Positions 1 through 13,637 of a DNA stretch of 64,000 bases are shown piece after piece. The notes beneath the pieces are model-generated. The model searched no databases. It was not told the origin of the DNA and saw nothing but the letters and a program-made list of their open reading frames with translations. Origin of the DNA: Octopus vulgaris. Its lineage: Eukaryota. The position numbers and the translations under genes are program-made. Where the stretch lies: contig OX597815.1 of NCBI GenBank assembly GCA_951406725.2, positions 151,962,001 to 152,026,000 of the forward strand, in the 5' to 3' direction. The stretch's first letter is position 1; each line of letters opens with the position of its first letter.

Positions 1-395
1 GGTGACAAAGGACTGAGATGCATGGCACCTTGCTCTACTCCAAGAAGACCCATACTCAGCAGCAGAAGTGTTAAGACCAGTCCCTACTAGTGGTGAAAAG
101 CACATGTGGCTGTGCTGCATAAAGGTGTCCATGTGGTGCTACATAAAAGCATGCTGTGCAGTCATGTAAAAGCACCTGTGCAGTGTCACACAAAAGCACC
201 AAGCACACTCTGTAAAAATGGTTGGCATGTTTGGAAGGGCATCTGGCAGTAAAATTCTATGCCAAATCAGACTGGAGCCTGGTGCAGCTCTCCAGCTTGC
301 CAGCTCTGGTCAAACCATCCAACCCATGCCAGCATAGACAACGGATGTTCATTGATGATGATTACAATGATTGATATATATATATAAATATATAC

Positions 396-447
<52 letters not shown>

Positions 448-1786
448 CCATCATCATCATCGTCCACAGCATGATGTATGTATTAGCAATAATTATAACA
501 GTATAGAATATGGAGACCTACTGAGTCAAGTAAAATCAAAAATCAAAATCAAAATCAGAATCTCAATCAAATCGAAATCAAAATGGAAATTTTAGTTGGG
601 GCTGATACCAATGCCACCTGACTGGTGGCACACAATAAGTACCATTCATGCATGGGTCATTGCCAGTGCTGCTTGATTGGCTCACCGTGCTGGGGGCACA
701 TAAAAAGCACCATCTGAATGTAGTCGATGCCTACAATCTGATCTGGCAATGTTTCTACAGCTGGATGCCCTTTTATGTGCTTTTTATGTGCCACCTGCTC
801 AGGTTTGTTGGACACAATGTGAGACAACTGTTGTTATCGCTAGGCCTAACTCATCGTAAAGTAAATACCACCATGACCGATATCCAAACTACAGTGGATT
901 TGGTTTAAAAAAATGATGAGCGATGGCTAGAGGAATACTGGGCTTTATTTAATAACCAGTTGATCTAGCAAGCAGGGCCTCATATCAGTGAGTGGAACTA
1001 GTGTGCATTGATGCCGTCGAGAGGTAGGCACCGAAACGGTGCGCATTCTCTCCTGTGACCCCATACACTTGCTGGCTTGTGGTATGCAGAGTTCTCGGCA
1101 GGTAGCACTTGCATGTGCAAGTTGTTTGCAAAACCTCCAGCATAATTTTCACAGCTACAAAAATATATAACTAAAAACGTTACATTACATGAACTACACT
1201 TGAAAGTAATGTTATTAAGTAACCAACTACAACAATACACAATGAGGCCTGTCAAAACAGTAACATAAATTTCAACCTATTTAGATAGAATCCTGACTTC
1301 GGGCAGCATCTGGTGTGAAACCATGGTCAACTTGCACAAGCTTACAAACAGATCAGATTTCAGATTCAAAACAAGCTCCCCTCATTTACCCCTGAATCTT
1401 AACCAACAAACAACTAACTGTATTCAGTTCACTTTGAAACTAGATGCTAAACAGACCCTCAACAAAGCTGCGCAGAAAATCATGCCCAAATGCAATGGAA
1501 ACATGTGTAGGTTGTAAAAAGGAATAAATTTTGAAGATGTACCAGTTTCTATATTCCATATCATTATAATTATTGCTAATATACACTTCAGATAATGTTA
1601 ACATCCAGAGAAGCAAACATGGAATTACCCAATAGTGGAATTTACTGCATGAATGACTACTCATAGAAGTCAGAGACATTAAATACTAATTGAAGCAGAT
1701 AGCCATAACCTGGAGCATAACTGAGAGCTATTACAGTATCTGCCCAGATAAATATATCCCTCTAAAGCACATTACTATATATATAT

Positions 1787-2020
1787 ATATTCTGTTGTGT
1801 CTGGGAAGAGTCATTTTCTTTTTGTGCCTTATAATGTAACACACTCACAGGTAAAATTTCCACTTTTTTTCTTATTTTTATTTTGCTCTTGAACAGGTTG
1901 CAAGACGCAACGAAAATTTTAGGAAAATAAAAATAAGAAATAAGTGGAAATTTTACCGGTGAGTGTATTAAATTATAAGGCACAAAAAGAAAATGACTCT
2001 CCCCAGACACAACAGAATAT
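1787..2020. repeat. ~100-bp inverted repeat (foldback of an interspersed repeat)
   Basis: 1787-1884 pairs with 1924-2020. A single-orientation copy is at ~6505-6660. Confidence 0.9.
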
Positions 2021-2894
2021 GCTTCAACACATGAACTCATATAAAGAATCTTGCAAACCAAATCCAAAAATGAAATATATATATATTGAGAGAGAGAGAG
2101 AGAGTAGTAATAATAACAATAGTCCTTGGATGAAATTTATAAACATTTAATGGATTGAATGCTTATAAATTCTATCCTAGGATTATTGTTATTGGTATTG
2201 TATTTATCCTACATTATATCGGTACAATTTCAGGCAACCCCCTAAAACTGGTTCACCAGTCAGTATCATTAGACTGAGGCAGGCATAATGGGATGGGAGC
2301 TTTATTTGCATATTCAAAATGTTTCCCATTAACAAATTTAAAAGATATATATAGAGATAGAGATTTATAATAGTATAAAATACAATTATAATTAAGGGCA
2401 GAGAAGAGACCATGCCTATGCTGAATATAGATGCTAAATCGTGAAACCACTTAAAATTATCACTTTTATATTATACATGTGTTGAAATCATGAGAGTAAG
2501 TTCACAGAATTTCATAAAATGATTAGCCTTGGCTTGATCAATTTCTGGATTAGTCTAATAATTTTTCCTCATCAGCCAGGCATACTAAGGAAAATAAATG
2601 AGATACTTATACATACCCACAGGAAAGCAAATGCAAAGCTACGATTACATACAATTACTACAAATTTGTCCGCATCGAATTTCGTAGTCTATTTGGTCAG
2701 AGAAATACAGATACAGTAGCACAGAGAAGTACAGACACACTAGACTATGAAATTCGATGTCAAACCACTAAGCTACAGGGAAGTAAACATACCAACATCA
2801 GTTGCCAAGCAATGGTGGTGGGGGGACAAACAAATACATACACACACACACACACACATATATACATACATAAATATATATATATCATTATTAT

Positions 2895-4320
2895 CATCAT
2901 CATTTCGCGTCTGCTTTCCCTGCTAGCATGGGTTGGACAGCTTGACTGAGGACTGGTGAGCCAGATGGCTGCACCAGGCTCCAATCTGTTCTGGTAGATT
3001 TTCTACAGCTGGATGACCTTCCTAATGCCAACCACTCTGAGAGTGTAGTGGGTGCTTTTACGTGCCACCAGCACAAAATCCAGTCAGGCAGTACTGGCAA
3101 CACTCAAATGGTGTTTTTTATGTGCCACCTGCACACGAGTCAGTACAGCAGCACTGGCAACGACCTCGCTCGGATGTTTTGTTCATGTGCTACCGGCACA
3201 AGTGTCAGTAAGGCGACGCTGGTAACAATCACGCGCAAATGGTGCATTTTACGTGCCACCAGCACAGAAGCCAGACAGCTACTCTGGCAGTGATCCCAAT
3301 CAGATGGAGCAGTTAGAGCTCCACTGGCACAGGTGTCAGTCATCGAATTTGGTTCAATTTCGATTTCCCTTGCCCCAACAGGTCTTCGCAAGCAGAGTTT
3401 AGTTTCCAATGAAGGAAGGTTGGCATGGGTGCCAGTCGTCAAATTTGCTTCGATTTTGATTCCGATTTCACTTGCCTCAACAGGTCTTCGCAAATAGAGT
3501 TTTGTGTCCAAAGGAAAGGTATGCATAAGTGGGCTGGCTACATCCCTGGTAAAGGCCATGGGTTATGGTCTCACTTGTCTTGCCGGGTCTTCTCACGCAC
3601 AGCATATTTCCAAAGGTCTCGGTCACTAGTCATTGCCTCGGTGAGACCTAATGTTCGATGGTCGTGCTTCACCACCTCATCCCAGGTTTTCCTGGGTCTA
3701 CCTCTTCCACAGGTTCCCTCAACCACTAGGGTGTGGCACTTTTTCACACAGCTATTCACATCCATTCTCACCACATGACCATACCAGCGCAATCGTCTCT
3801 CTTGCACACTACAACTGATGCTTTTTAGGTCCAACTTTTCTCTCAAGGCACTTACACTCTGTTGAGTATGTACACTGACATTACACATCCATTGGAGCAT
3901 ACTTGCTTCATTCCTTGCGAGCTTACACATATTCTCAGCAGTCACGGCCCATGTTTCACTGCAATATAGCATTGCTTTTCGTACACATGTGTCATACAGT
4001 CTATATTTTACTCTGAGTGAGAGGCCCTATGTCACTAGCAGAGGTAAGAGCTCTCTGAACTTTGCCTAGGCTATTCTTATTCTAGCAGTTAGACTTTCAG
4101 CGCACCCTACCCTGCTACTGACTTGGTCGCCTAGGTAATGGAAGCTATCAACTATTTCTAGTTTTTCTCCCTGGAATGTGGCAGAAGTTGTTCTCTGCAC
4201 ATTTTCAGTGTTTATTGCTCCTGAGCATCTGCCACATACAAAGACTATCTTCCTAGTTAGCCTTCCTTTGATATTGCTGCACCTCTTATGTGTCCATAGC
4301 TTATTCTGGATATATCTTAT
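2895..4320 (-). mobile_element. 5'-truncated RTE-clade LINE with 3' UTR and (GAT)n tail
   Basis: ORFs with SETWAVT, RLRWYGHVVRMD, GRGRPRKTWDEVV and LEIVDSFHYLG. Shared 3' tail. Confidence 0.88.
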
Positions 4321-4327
4321 AGAGAAA

Positions 4328-4358
<31 letters not shown>

Positions 4359-4593
4359 ATGGGGTTCTTTCAGTTTCTGTCTACCAAATCCACTCACAAG
4401 GCTTTGGCCAGCCCAAGGCTATAGTAGAAGACACTTTCCCAAGATGCTACACAGTGGGACTGAACCCGGAACCATGTGGTTAGGAAGCAAGCTTCTTACC
4501 ATACAGCCACTCCTATATATATATGTATGTATATATATATACATGTGTGTGTGTATGTATACATATGTGTGTGTGTGTGTGTATATGTATATT

Positions 4594-4638
<45 letters not shown>

Positions 4639-6030
4639 GTGTATTTTGTGTGCGTGTGTATATATATGAAAGAGAAAGAGAGAGAGAGAGAAGAGGAAGG
4701 AGAGGAGAGAGTTTATTTGTAATATTTGAAACAATCAAATGCTGAAAAAATTAAAAGTAGCAGCAGAAGCCATTACTTTTATCATCCAAATATTAGCTCT
4801 CCATTATGTGTTGGTTAATAAATCACACAGTGAAAGTTTATTAAATCTCACCTAATTACTACCTTTGCAAAATGTTCAGGTTATTTCCTTAGTTTTACAA
4901 TATGCATGTGCGTGAGAGAGAGAGGAAATGTGTGTGTGTGAGTGAGTGAGTGACTGAGTGTGTGTGAGTGTGTGTGTGTGTGAGTGTATGTGTGTGTGAG
5001 TGTGTGCGTGTGTGAGTGAGTGTGTGTGTGAGAGTGTGTGTATGTGAATGACTGTGTGTGAGTGTATATGTGTGTGAGTGTGTGTTGTTGTTGTTGTTAA
5101 GCAACAAGACGGCTAAGGGTGACTATGTGATGGTCTCAGGTTTAGGGGTGGGAGACCCCAGACCTTGGCAACAAAAAAAACTTTGGTTGTCTTGTTGTAG
5201 TCGAGGACTCTTCATTGATGCCTGACGCAACTGGGAGGTGGCCCTCGAAGTCGCTGGAAATGGAGGTCCAAATTCTTGAATGGCTGAGTGTGTGTGTGTG
5301 AGAGTGTGTGAGTGAGTCTGTGCATAGGTAAGGAACAGGAGTCAAGTGAAAATGTTGCCAGTCCTCAGTATGCTTTCCATTGTGTAGTTTTGTCCCTTCC
5401 AGTATCCACCTAGTGATTTCCAAATAGACGAATTTATTCTGTTAGCTATGTCACACATCTAAAATATTCCTTTCAAATTTTGATACAAGGCTGGCAATAG
5501 TGGGTGGGGGAGGGTGCAAGTCAATTACATCAAACCCAGTGCTCAACTGGTACTTATTTTATCAACCCCCAAAGCATGAAAGACAAAGTCAGCCTTGGTG
5601 GAATTTGAACTCAGAACATAAAGTTGGACAAAATGTTACTAAGCACAAACGATTCTGCCAGCTTGCAGTCATTTTGTCATCCAAAATATTGACTCCTTGC
5701 TCATTTAAATGAAGTGCATGGAAGGGCCAAATCATCATTTTTGTCTAGCCCCAGTCAGCCCAGATTAAGCAATCTTATGATTAAAGGCTCCTCAAAACAG
5801 CTTTCACTGCTGGAAAAAATCTTTGTCGTAAAGTAGAGATTATGGCAAACTTGGAAAATTCACAGCAGACTTCAAAAATGGGAATCATTCCTCATAAAAA
5901 ATGTTTTCACACATTTGACAACTTAGAATAGAATACTTAATTTCAAATAGTGACTTCGACTCTGACACACCCTAGTTATTCAATAATATGTCAGGAATAT
6001 TGATAAGTTTATTATAAGGAAAAAACATCA

Positions 6031-6255
6031 TATTTGGTTGGTGCATAATTATTGCGGCTTTTTTTCAATAAATTTTATTCAACAAAGACAATTACAACAT
6101 TTAACAAAATCATCTTTAAATCATTATTCGGAAGCATATTCACCATCTACTTCAATTTCTGCTTCGTGTTTTGTTTAAATTGGCGTTTTGTTTAAATTTT
6201 TTGTTGAATAAAATTTATCGAGAAAAAGCCGTAATAATTATGTACCAACCTAATA
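6031..6255. mobile_element. Mariner-derived MITE
   Basis: ~55-bp TIRs (ggttggtgcataattattgcggc / gccgtaataattatgtaccaacc) with TA flanks. Interior is the transposase end IEVDGEYASE*, also seen at ~22480-22550. Confidence 0.85.
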
Positions 6256-6429
6256 TAATTAAGTATTGTGACTCTCTTCATGTGTGGTTGTGATTTCTTT
6301 TTCTAGTCAAAAACTGCAGAGTTGAGTATAAAAACATTAATGGAAATAATACTTTGAAATGGAAGAGACATTATCCCCATATATATTGGCGCTACAATTA
6401 TCATGATGTAGGCTTGAACATTCTGAAAC

Positions 6430-6838
6430 AGTGGCTCTCGACTGGGGTCTATATCACTCTAGTGGGTCTATATAAGATTTTGTTGTTAAAGTTTATCAAC
6501 CATAAATTTTGTTGTGTCAGGGGAGAGTCATTTTCTTTTTGTGCCTTATAATTTAATACACTCACCTGTAAAATGTCCACTTATTTCTTATTTTTATTTT
6601 TCTAAAATTTTCGTTGTGTCGAACTCACATAAAGAATCTTGCAAACCAAATCCAAAAACGAAATACCACAAATTTGTTATACTTCTACAATTCACAAAAT
6701 ATTTTGACAATTTTTATACAATTCCTAATAATATTTAATGGCAAAAATACAATAAGTTTTTTTTTTTTAAATCGAATGGCTACGAGTAAAACAAGAATAA
6801 AATGGGTTCATAGATGAAAAATGGTTGAAAACTACTTC
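6430..6838. mobile_element. hAT-like MITE interrupted by another repeat
   Basis: Termini cagtggctctcgact / ggttgaaaactactt. Related sequence at ~55030-55285. Confidence 0.5.
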
Positions 6839-8629
6839 TTTGTAACATCAACTGGAGAAGACTAAGTGGAGATAACTCCCAAGACATATGAGAAATTGGA
6901 AAACGTCGTTAAAGGGAGACAACAAGTAAAATGGAGTGACAAGACACGGAAAATTTATAGGGAACATGGAACGTTTGAAATCCTTGAAATGAAATTTATA
7001 TTTTTACAAACTAAAGATTTTGAGCTCAATACACTATCAAGTTTCCACTATTACACCCCGAGTATCTGTGGTACATTCAGAGGCCATATTAGTTTGAAGT
7101 GACCAGAGGTACTTTCACAAACGATGTGTTTGCGTGAGATGGTGGTAGGGAGAATGATGCACTGGAAGGGGTTAGTTTTGAAGAAGATTTCTTTAGTGTG
7201 TACAGTGTGGCGTTGGATATTGACCTTTAGATTGGCCAATCATTGTCCATACCTTTTTCCAGACATTTAGTCAGCCCTTGTTTCATATGTTCTTAGTAAT
7301 TTAAAGCTTTCTTTTCATAAGTGTTGAGTTACCCTGGTGGTTGAAAAATATTAGGACTGTGTATGATACAGGATGCTTGGACACCAAGGAAATATGTCCT
7401 GTGAAAAGAAAGGATAGACAAAGGATTAAGGGGACAAGTGAAGATGCAGTCAGTATGAGAATAATACAGGTTATGGAACCTTCATGTTTGAAAATGGAAG
7501 AGAAGAGGATTTCGCAAAGTTAATCAAGATCTTTTTGGTAAGGGACCAAAAGAATTAGCTGCCATTTGGGATAATGTTGCAGGGGTTATGGTGCTGGTAC
7601 ATTGGTACGTTCTGAGTTCAAATTCTGCTGAGGTTGACTCTCATCCTTTTCGGATCAATAAAATAAGTTCTTGTTGAACACTGGGGTCGATGTAATCAGA
7701 TCATCCCCACCTCCCCCAAGCTGCCCTTGTGGAAAAAATTTGAAATAATTGTTATTATCATCATTATTATAAAAGTGGTGAACTGGCAGAATCATTAGCA
7801 TGCCAGGAAAAATGCATAGCAGTTTTTAACCCGTCTTTATGTTCTGAGTTCAAATTCCACCGCGGTTGACTTAGCCTTTCATCTTTTTGAGGTTGATGAA
7901 ATAAGTACCAGTTACACACTTGGGTCAATGTAATCGATTAGTCTGCTTCCCCAAAACTTCAGGCTCTGTACATATAGTAGAAAGGATTACTATTATCATT
8001 ATGTGAGAGAGCAGCACTTGCCATTAAAGTGACACTAGGTACAAATATATGAAACCCAATATACCCATCCTGACTACCCATCTGATAAGGGTACACAAGG
8101 TACATGAGTCACAACCATATGTGCATGACATGGTGATCTTATATCAAGAAAAACAGTGCATGAGTAGCCCATCCCACTCAAAAGGCCTCTGAATAAAGTT
8201 TGTTTAAGAATGATGAACAAAACATCCGTGTTTCCAGAGGTGAATTATCCAAACCCCAAAGAATCCCTCTCAACACATGGCTATGATGCTCCCCCACTAC
8301 TTCTGCTCGGGAACAGAGATGCACATATAATCTGCCACTAAGGGACATGCTCAACTGATTAAGCTCAAACAACCGACAAATAAATCTGTGGTATTGAGCA
8401 GAATATTTACTGCAGCCCATCTTTTATACCAAGACAAAACAACGTACATGATAACACTTCCAATCAGTTAAGATGAGAATCCATGAGAGCCACTGCATGG
8501 TACTGCATCAGGGCATATATTATTATTTTCTCTTTTTCACAGGTTTTGTTGGAGCTCCTGGAGTCTTGCAAGCATAGCGGCCTTATTACCTGAAGCCTAC
8601 GGTACCATGCTATTTGTTCTTTTCAGCTA

Positions 8630-9170
8630 TCTAATACTTTCCTGATATTTCTGGCTATGCCAGGGAGGCAAACCTCTTGTAACAGTTCTACTGGGCATTC
8701 TATTCCAATTTCTTTTATATTCTCCTTGATGCCTTCAGATACAGTTCACAAGGTTCCAACAATAATTGGCAGTATTTTTACCTTCTCCATTCTCCATAGC
8801 CGGGCTATTTTGAACTTAAGGGGGTTGTATTTATCTTTCTTGACTATTCGTGGGTCGAAGGGGCATGCAACATCATCTATATGGTATATGTGGTGCACTT
8901 TGTCCACCACAACTAGGTCCAGTCTCTTATGCGCTAGCACCTGATCTGTTTGGATTGGGAAGTCTCAGAGGATTTTGCTAGTCTCAGTGTTCATACCACA
9001 TCTTGCCTCTCTCTAACCCCTACTTTTTGCACTGCTTTGCTACCTAGTCACCACAACTTGTAGCAGTTTTAGATATGGGCAATGGTTTCATCCACTCTAT
9101 TGCAGATGCACCACAGCAGAGACACTTGCTCATTCATTAGGTTGACCCACCAGTCCATGGCTAGAGCTTA
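8630..9170 (-). mobile_element. REL-endonuclease LINE 3' fragment
   Basis: DLVVVD..IDDVACPFD..KY..L..IARLW..ILPIIVGTL. Confidence 0.75.
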
Positions 9171-9175
9171 TGATG

Positions 9176-9220
<45 letters not shown>

Positions 9221-9221
9221 G

Positions 9222-9487
9222 TGAAGTATATTTTCCACTTAAATGTGGCTAATCCTTAAGGGTGGATGCTACTGTTGCTTGTAGCCCCAGGAAGACACCT
9301 CCAGCTGGCTATTGACACACTTTCTGTGCCCTATCAGTATTTACAAAGGGAAGCCATCCTTCCCATCTCCAACCTGACGTGATACATATGGACCCAAGTT
9401 TCTGGAGGAGGTGTCTTCTGGGGGCTACAAGCAACAGTAGCATCTACCCTTAAGGGTTAGCCACATTCAAGTGGCAAATATACTTCA
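9222..9487. mobile_element. Foldback MITE with ~83-bp TIRs
   Basis: tgaagtatattttccactt...cacctccag is the reverse complement of ctggaggaggtg...aatatacttca. Confidence 0.85.
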
Positions 9488-9539
9488 TGATATTGTGCAG
9501 CTACTGTTTATATCTCGCTCAGAGATTTATTATTGATTA

Positions 9540-9591
<52 letters not shown>

Positions 9592-9604
9592 CATTATTAT
9601 TATT

Positions 9605-10330
9605 TGTGCATACATGACAGTGTAAGCATCCTGAGAGAAAAGTTGGACATAAAAAGCATCAGATGTGGTGTGCCAGAGAGATGATTGTGCTGGTCACGTA
9701 TTGCATATAGATGAGGACAGCTGGGTGAAAAAGTTTCACACCCAAGCAGTAGAGGGAACTGGTGGAACAGATAGACCCAGGAAGTCCTGGGATAAGATAC
9801 TTCCCATTGCATCACACCTTTGAATGCTGGGCCTCACCAAGGTGATGGTAAGTGACTGAGACCTTTGGAGATATACTGTATATAAGAAGACCCAGCAAGT
9901 CAAGTGAGACCGTAACTGTGGCCTATGCCAGTGCAGCATAACCAGCCCATTTAAGAGTACCCTTCAATCATTGGGCAATAAACTGCACATGTGAAGACCT
10001 GTTGTGGCCAGTGAAGTCATTATTATGGCTGATGACAGTACCACCTGATTGGCACTTGGCACCTGTGTCAGTGGTATGTAAAAAGCACTATTCAAGCATG
10101 GTCGATGCTAGTACCACCTGACTGGCCCTCATGCTAGTGGCATGTAAAAATCACCCACTACACTCTCGGAGTGGTTGGCATTAGGAAGGGCATCCAGCTG
10201 TAGAAACATTGCCAGATCAGATTGGTGCCTGGTGCAGCCTTCTGGCTCACCAGCCCTCTATCAAACAGTCCAACCCATGCCAGTATGGAAAGAGGATGTT
10301 AAACAATGACGATGATGACGATGACCATGA
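9605..10330 (+). mobile_element. Decayed 3' fragment of the same RTE LINE
   Basis: LREKLDIKSIRCGV and shared 3' tail ending (GAT)n. Confidence 0.8.
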
Positions 10331-10494
10331 TTATTTACTTTTAATCTGCATGTTTGTTACAATCACTTGCCAAGGCACACCCAGCATCTTAAGGTGAGTG
10401 AAGGAGAAGAGATGTTACAGTATGACTGAAAGCTTCAGGAGGGGAAGTAGCAGGGGCAGTAGTGAAATATCTCCATGTAATACAACACAGACAT

Positions 10495-10770
10495 TTAAAC
10501 TGATAGTGCTTTACTAAGGCTCTGAGCAGTACTTAGCAGCACTATCTTTTGGATTTCTCTGAGACATGGTTCTCCTGGGATATTATCTAGATGTTTCAGA
10601 CATCCATTGCTTATCATACCCAGGACACCCACAATAACAAGAAAAGTTCTCACTTTAAGATGCCACATCTTTTCTATTTCAATTTTCAGGTCCTTATATT
10701 TACTTAATTTGTCAAATTCCTTTACAGAAATAATTCTTACCTTCAATAACGGGCTCAGGATGATGTTCAT
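10495..10770 (-). mobile_element. REL-endonuclease LINE 3' fragment
   Basis: KEFDKLSKYKDLKIEIEKMWHLKV..VIVGVLG..EIQKIVLL. Confidence 0.8.
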
Positions 10771-10883
10771 AGAAGTTAGCAGGAGTGCTGATATTGTAAT
10801 GTTTACATATTTTCCAATGTAAATACTGCCCTACCCTATCATGTCAACTTTTGTAGTATCGTTATTATTATTATTATTATTAT

Positions 10884-11420
10884 TGAGTGAGAGAGCAGTG
10901 CATGCCATCAAAGTGACACTGGGGTTAAATATACGAAGCCCAGCAAACCCATCATGACTACCTGGGTACACTAGGCACATGCATCACAACCATATGTGCG
11001 CAACATGGTGATCTCATATCAAGATAATCAGCAGATGGGGCCCAGTTACAATTTTCTACTGGCTGAGTAGCCCATCCCACTCAAAAGGTCCTTGAATAAG
11101 GGTTGTTTAAGGATGTTGAACGAAACACCCATGTTTCCAGAGGTGAATTATTCAAACCCCAAAGAATCCTTCGCAACACATGGCTATGATGCTCCCCCAC
11201 TACTTCTGCTCATGATCAGAGATGCACATATCGTCAGCCACTAAGGGACATGTTCAACTGGTTAAGGTCAAACAACTGACAAGCAAATATGTGGTAATGA
11301 GCAGAATATTTGCTTTAGCCCATCTTTTATACCAAGACAAAACAATGTACATGATAACACTTCCAATCAGTTAAAATCAGAAGCCATGAAAGCCAATGTC
11401 TGGTACTGCATCAGGACATT
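10884..11420 (+). mobile_element. ~530-bp non-coding interspersed repeat next to (TAA/TTA)n
   Basis: Four copies with the same ends: 8004-8517 (+), 10884-11420 (+), 41893-42432 (-), 52511-53052 (-). Confidence 0.8.
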
Positions 11421-11464
11421 AGCAAATCTGTGGTATTGAGCAGTACACACACATACAAACACAG

Positions 11465-11505
<41 letters not shown>

Positions 11506-11550
11506 GTTTCTTTTAGTTTCCATCTACCAAATCCACTCAGAATGCTTTGG

Positions 11551-11643
<93 letters not shown>

Positions 11644-12661
11644 ACATTATTACTATTTGTGAGAGGGAGTGATGGGGGATTATGGTTTCCAAATATACAC
11701 TAATACCAATTTTCAAGGTAAAGTCTAACACAGAATGTGGCCTGGCCAGCAGTGACTGACTATTGAATAAAGGACATGATATATGTGACTTGTAGAGAAA
11801 TGCAAATTTCAAACGGTTTTTTTTTTCTTTTTGCCAATTATGAAATGAATGCCAGATATTGGCAGGCAGACATAAATAACTTAAAATTCTAATTAAACAT
11901 GAGTAAATTAAAATAAATTGTAATTGCTTCTACAGCTGTTGTATAATTCCTTGTTTGCATATTAATTCCATTTAATTATGGAGTTGTTTATCTCCCAATT
12001 CTTTGAATCTTTTTATCCTTTTCATTTTACTTGTTTCAGTCATTAGACTGTGGCCAAGCTGGGGCATTGCTTTGAAGAGTTTTTAGTCAAATGAATCAAC
12101 CTCAGTAATATTTTTTTTTCTAAGCTCGATATCTATTAGTCTCTTTTGCTGAACCACTAAGCTACAGGGATATAAAAAGACCAACATTGGTTGTCAAGTG
12201 ATGGTGGGAGATGAACAAAGACACAAAGACACACGCACACATAGATATATATATGTATAGTAAATAATATATAATATATAAATGTAGGCGCAGGAGTGGG
12301 TGTGTGGTATGTAGCTTGCTTACCAACCACATGGTTCTAGGTTCAGTCCCACTGTGTAGCATGTTGGGCAAGGGTATTCTACTATAGCCTCAGGCCGACC
12401 AAAGCCTTATGAGTGGATTTGGTAGATGGAAACTGAAAGAAGCCCATCATATATATATATATGTATATATCTGTGTTTGTATGTGTGTATGTATGTCTGT
12501 GTTTCCCCCCCCCTACCACCACCACCACCACCATCACTTGACAACTGATGCTGGTGTGTTTATGTGCCACCAGCTCAGAAACAGTCAGGTGGTACTAGCA
12601 TTGACTGCGCTCAAATGGTGCTTTTTATGTGCCACCAGCACAGGTGCCAATCAAGTGGTAC

Positions 12662-12699
<38 letters not shown>

Positions 12700-12941
12700 T
12701 TAATATTTGAGGGAATAAAATCTAAAAGGAAAAAAAATTCAATTTAGAAATACTAAATCAAATTTCACACAATATAATATATACATAAAAAATTAGAAAA
12801 AGAAAAACCTTTTATCAATTCAAAATGAACAATTAAATTACACTAAATAGAAATATTAACATTAAAATAACAATAAAATGTCAAATATTAAGTAAAGTGC
12901 AAAAAAAATAATAATAATATTAACGTATATAAATTGTAGAA

Positions 12942-13028
12942 TAACGACACGTGTTTCGTGGCTATATTTAAGAAATGATTATAGTGGTAGAGAAATCACT
13001 TTGATATAAATAGTCACTCATCAGGTTA
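12942..13028 (-). ncRNA. Minimal type I hammerhead ribozyme, intact core
   Basis: Minus strand: UAAC-CUGAUGA-GUGACUAU...AUAGCCAC-GAAAC-ACGU-GUC-GUUA. Stem I UAAC/GUUA, extended stem II, palindromic stem III, GUC cleavage triplet. Confidence 0.75.
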
Positions 13029-13030
13029 AA

Positions 13031-13067
<37 letters not shown>

Positions 13068-13221
13068 TATGTTATAAAGTATACGCTCACACTCACACTC
13101 ACTCTCCCACATGCAAAACAAAAGTAAAATGTATTTCTGCTTCGTTGTTGAATAACAGGAATATATTCATTCCTCAGGCACAGGAGTGACTGTTTGGTAA
13201 GAAGCTTACTTCCAAGTAAAA

Positions 13222-13445
13222 GGCGGCGAGCTGGCAGAAACGTTAGTGTGCTGGGCAAAATGCTTAGCGGTATTTCGTCTGCCGTTACATTCTGTGTTCA
13301 AATTCCTCAACTTTGCCTTTCATCCTTTCGGGGTCAATAAATAAAGTACCAGTTATGCACTAGGGTCGATGTAATCGACTTAATCTCTTTGTGTGTCCCT
13401 GTTTCTCCCCTCTAAGTTTAGCCCCTTGTGGGCAATAAAGAAATA
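13222..13445 (+). mobile_element. SINE family B (representative copy), inserted inside a family A SINE
   Basis: ggcggcgagctggcagaa...gttcaaattcc...ctttcatcctttcggggtc. Copies near 5500-5670, 7775-7990, 29215-29430 and 33385-33560. Confidence 0.8.
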
Positions 13446-13580
13446 AGAAGCTTACCTCCAAACGACATGGTTCCAGGTTAAGTCATACTGCATTGCACCT
13501 TGGGCAAATGTCTTCTATAGTCTCAGGCTGAGCAAAGCCTTGTGAGTGGATTTGGTACATAGAAACTGAAAGAAGCCTGT

Positions 13581-13637
<57 letters not shown>

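Noticed and set aside
993-1050. Hammerhead-like motif (ttgatgc...gaaacgg)
   Set aside because: The core has several changes, with no clear stem II and no NUH triplet.
12286-12360. tRNA genes
   Set aside because: A/B-box-like heads run straight into SINE bodies and do not form full cloverleaves.
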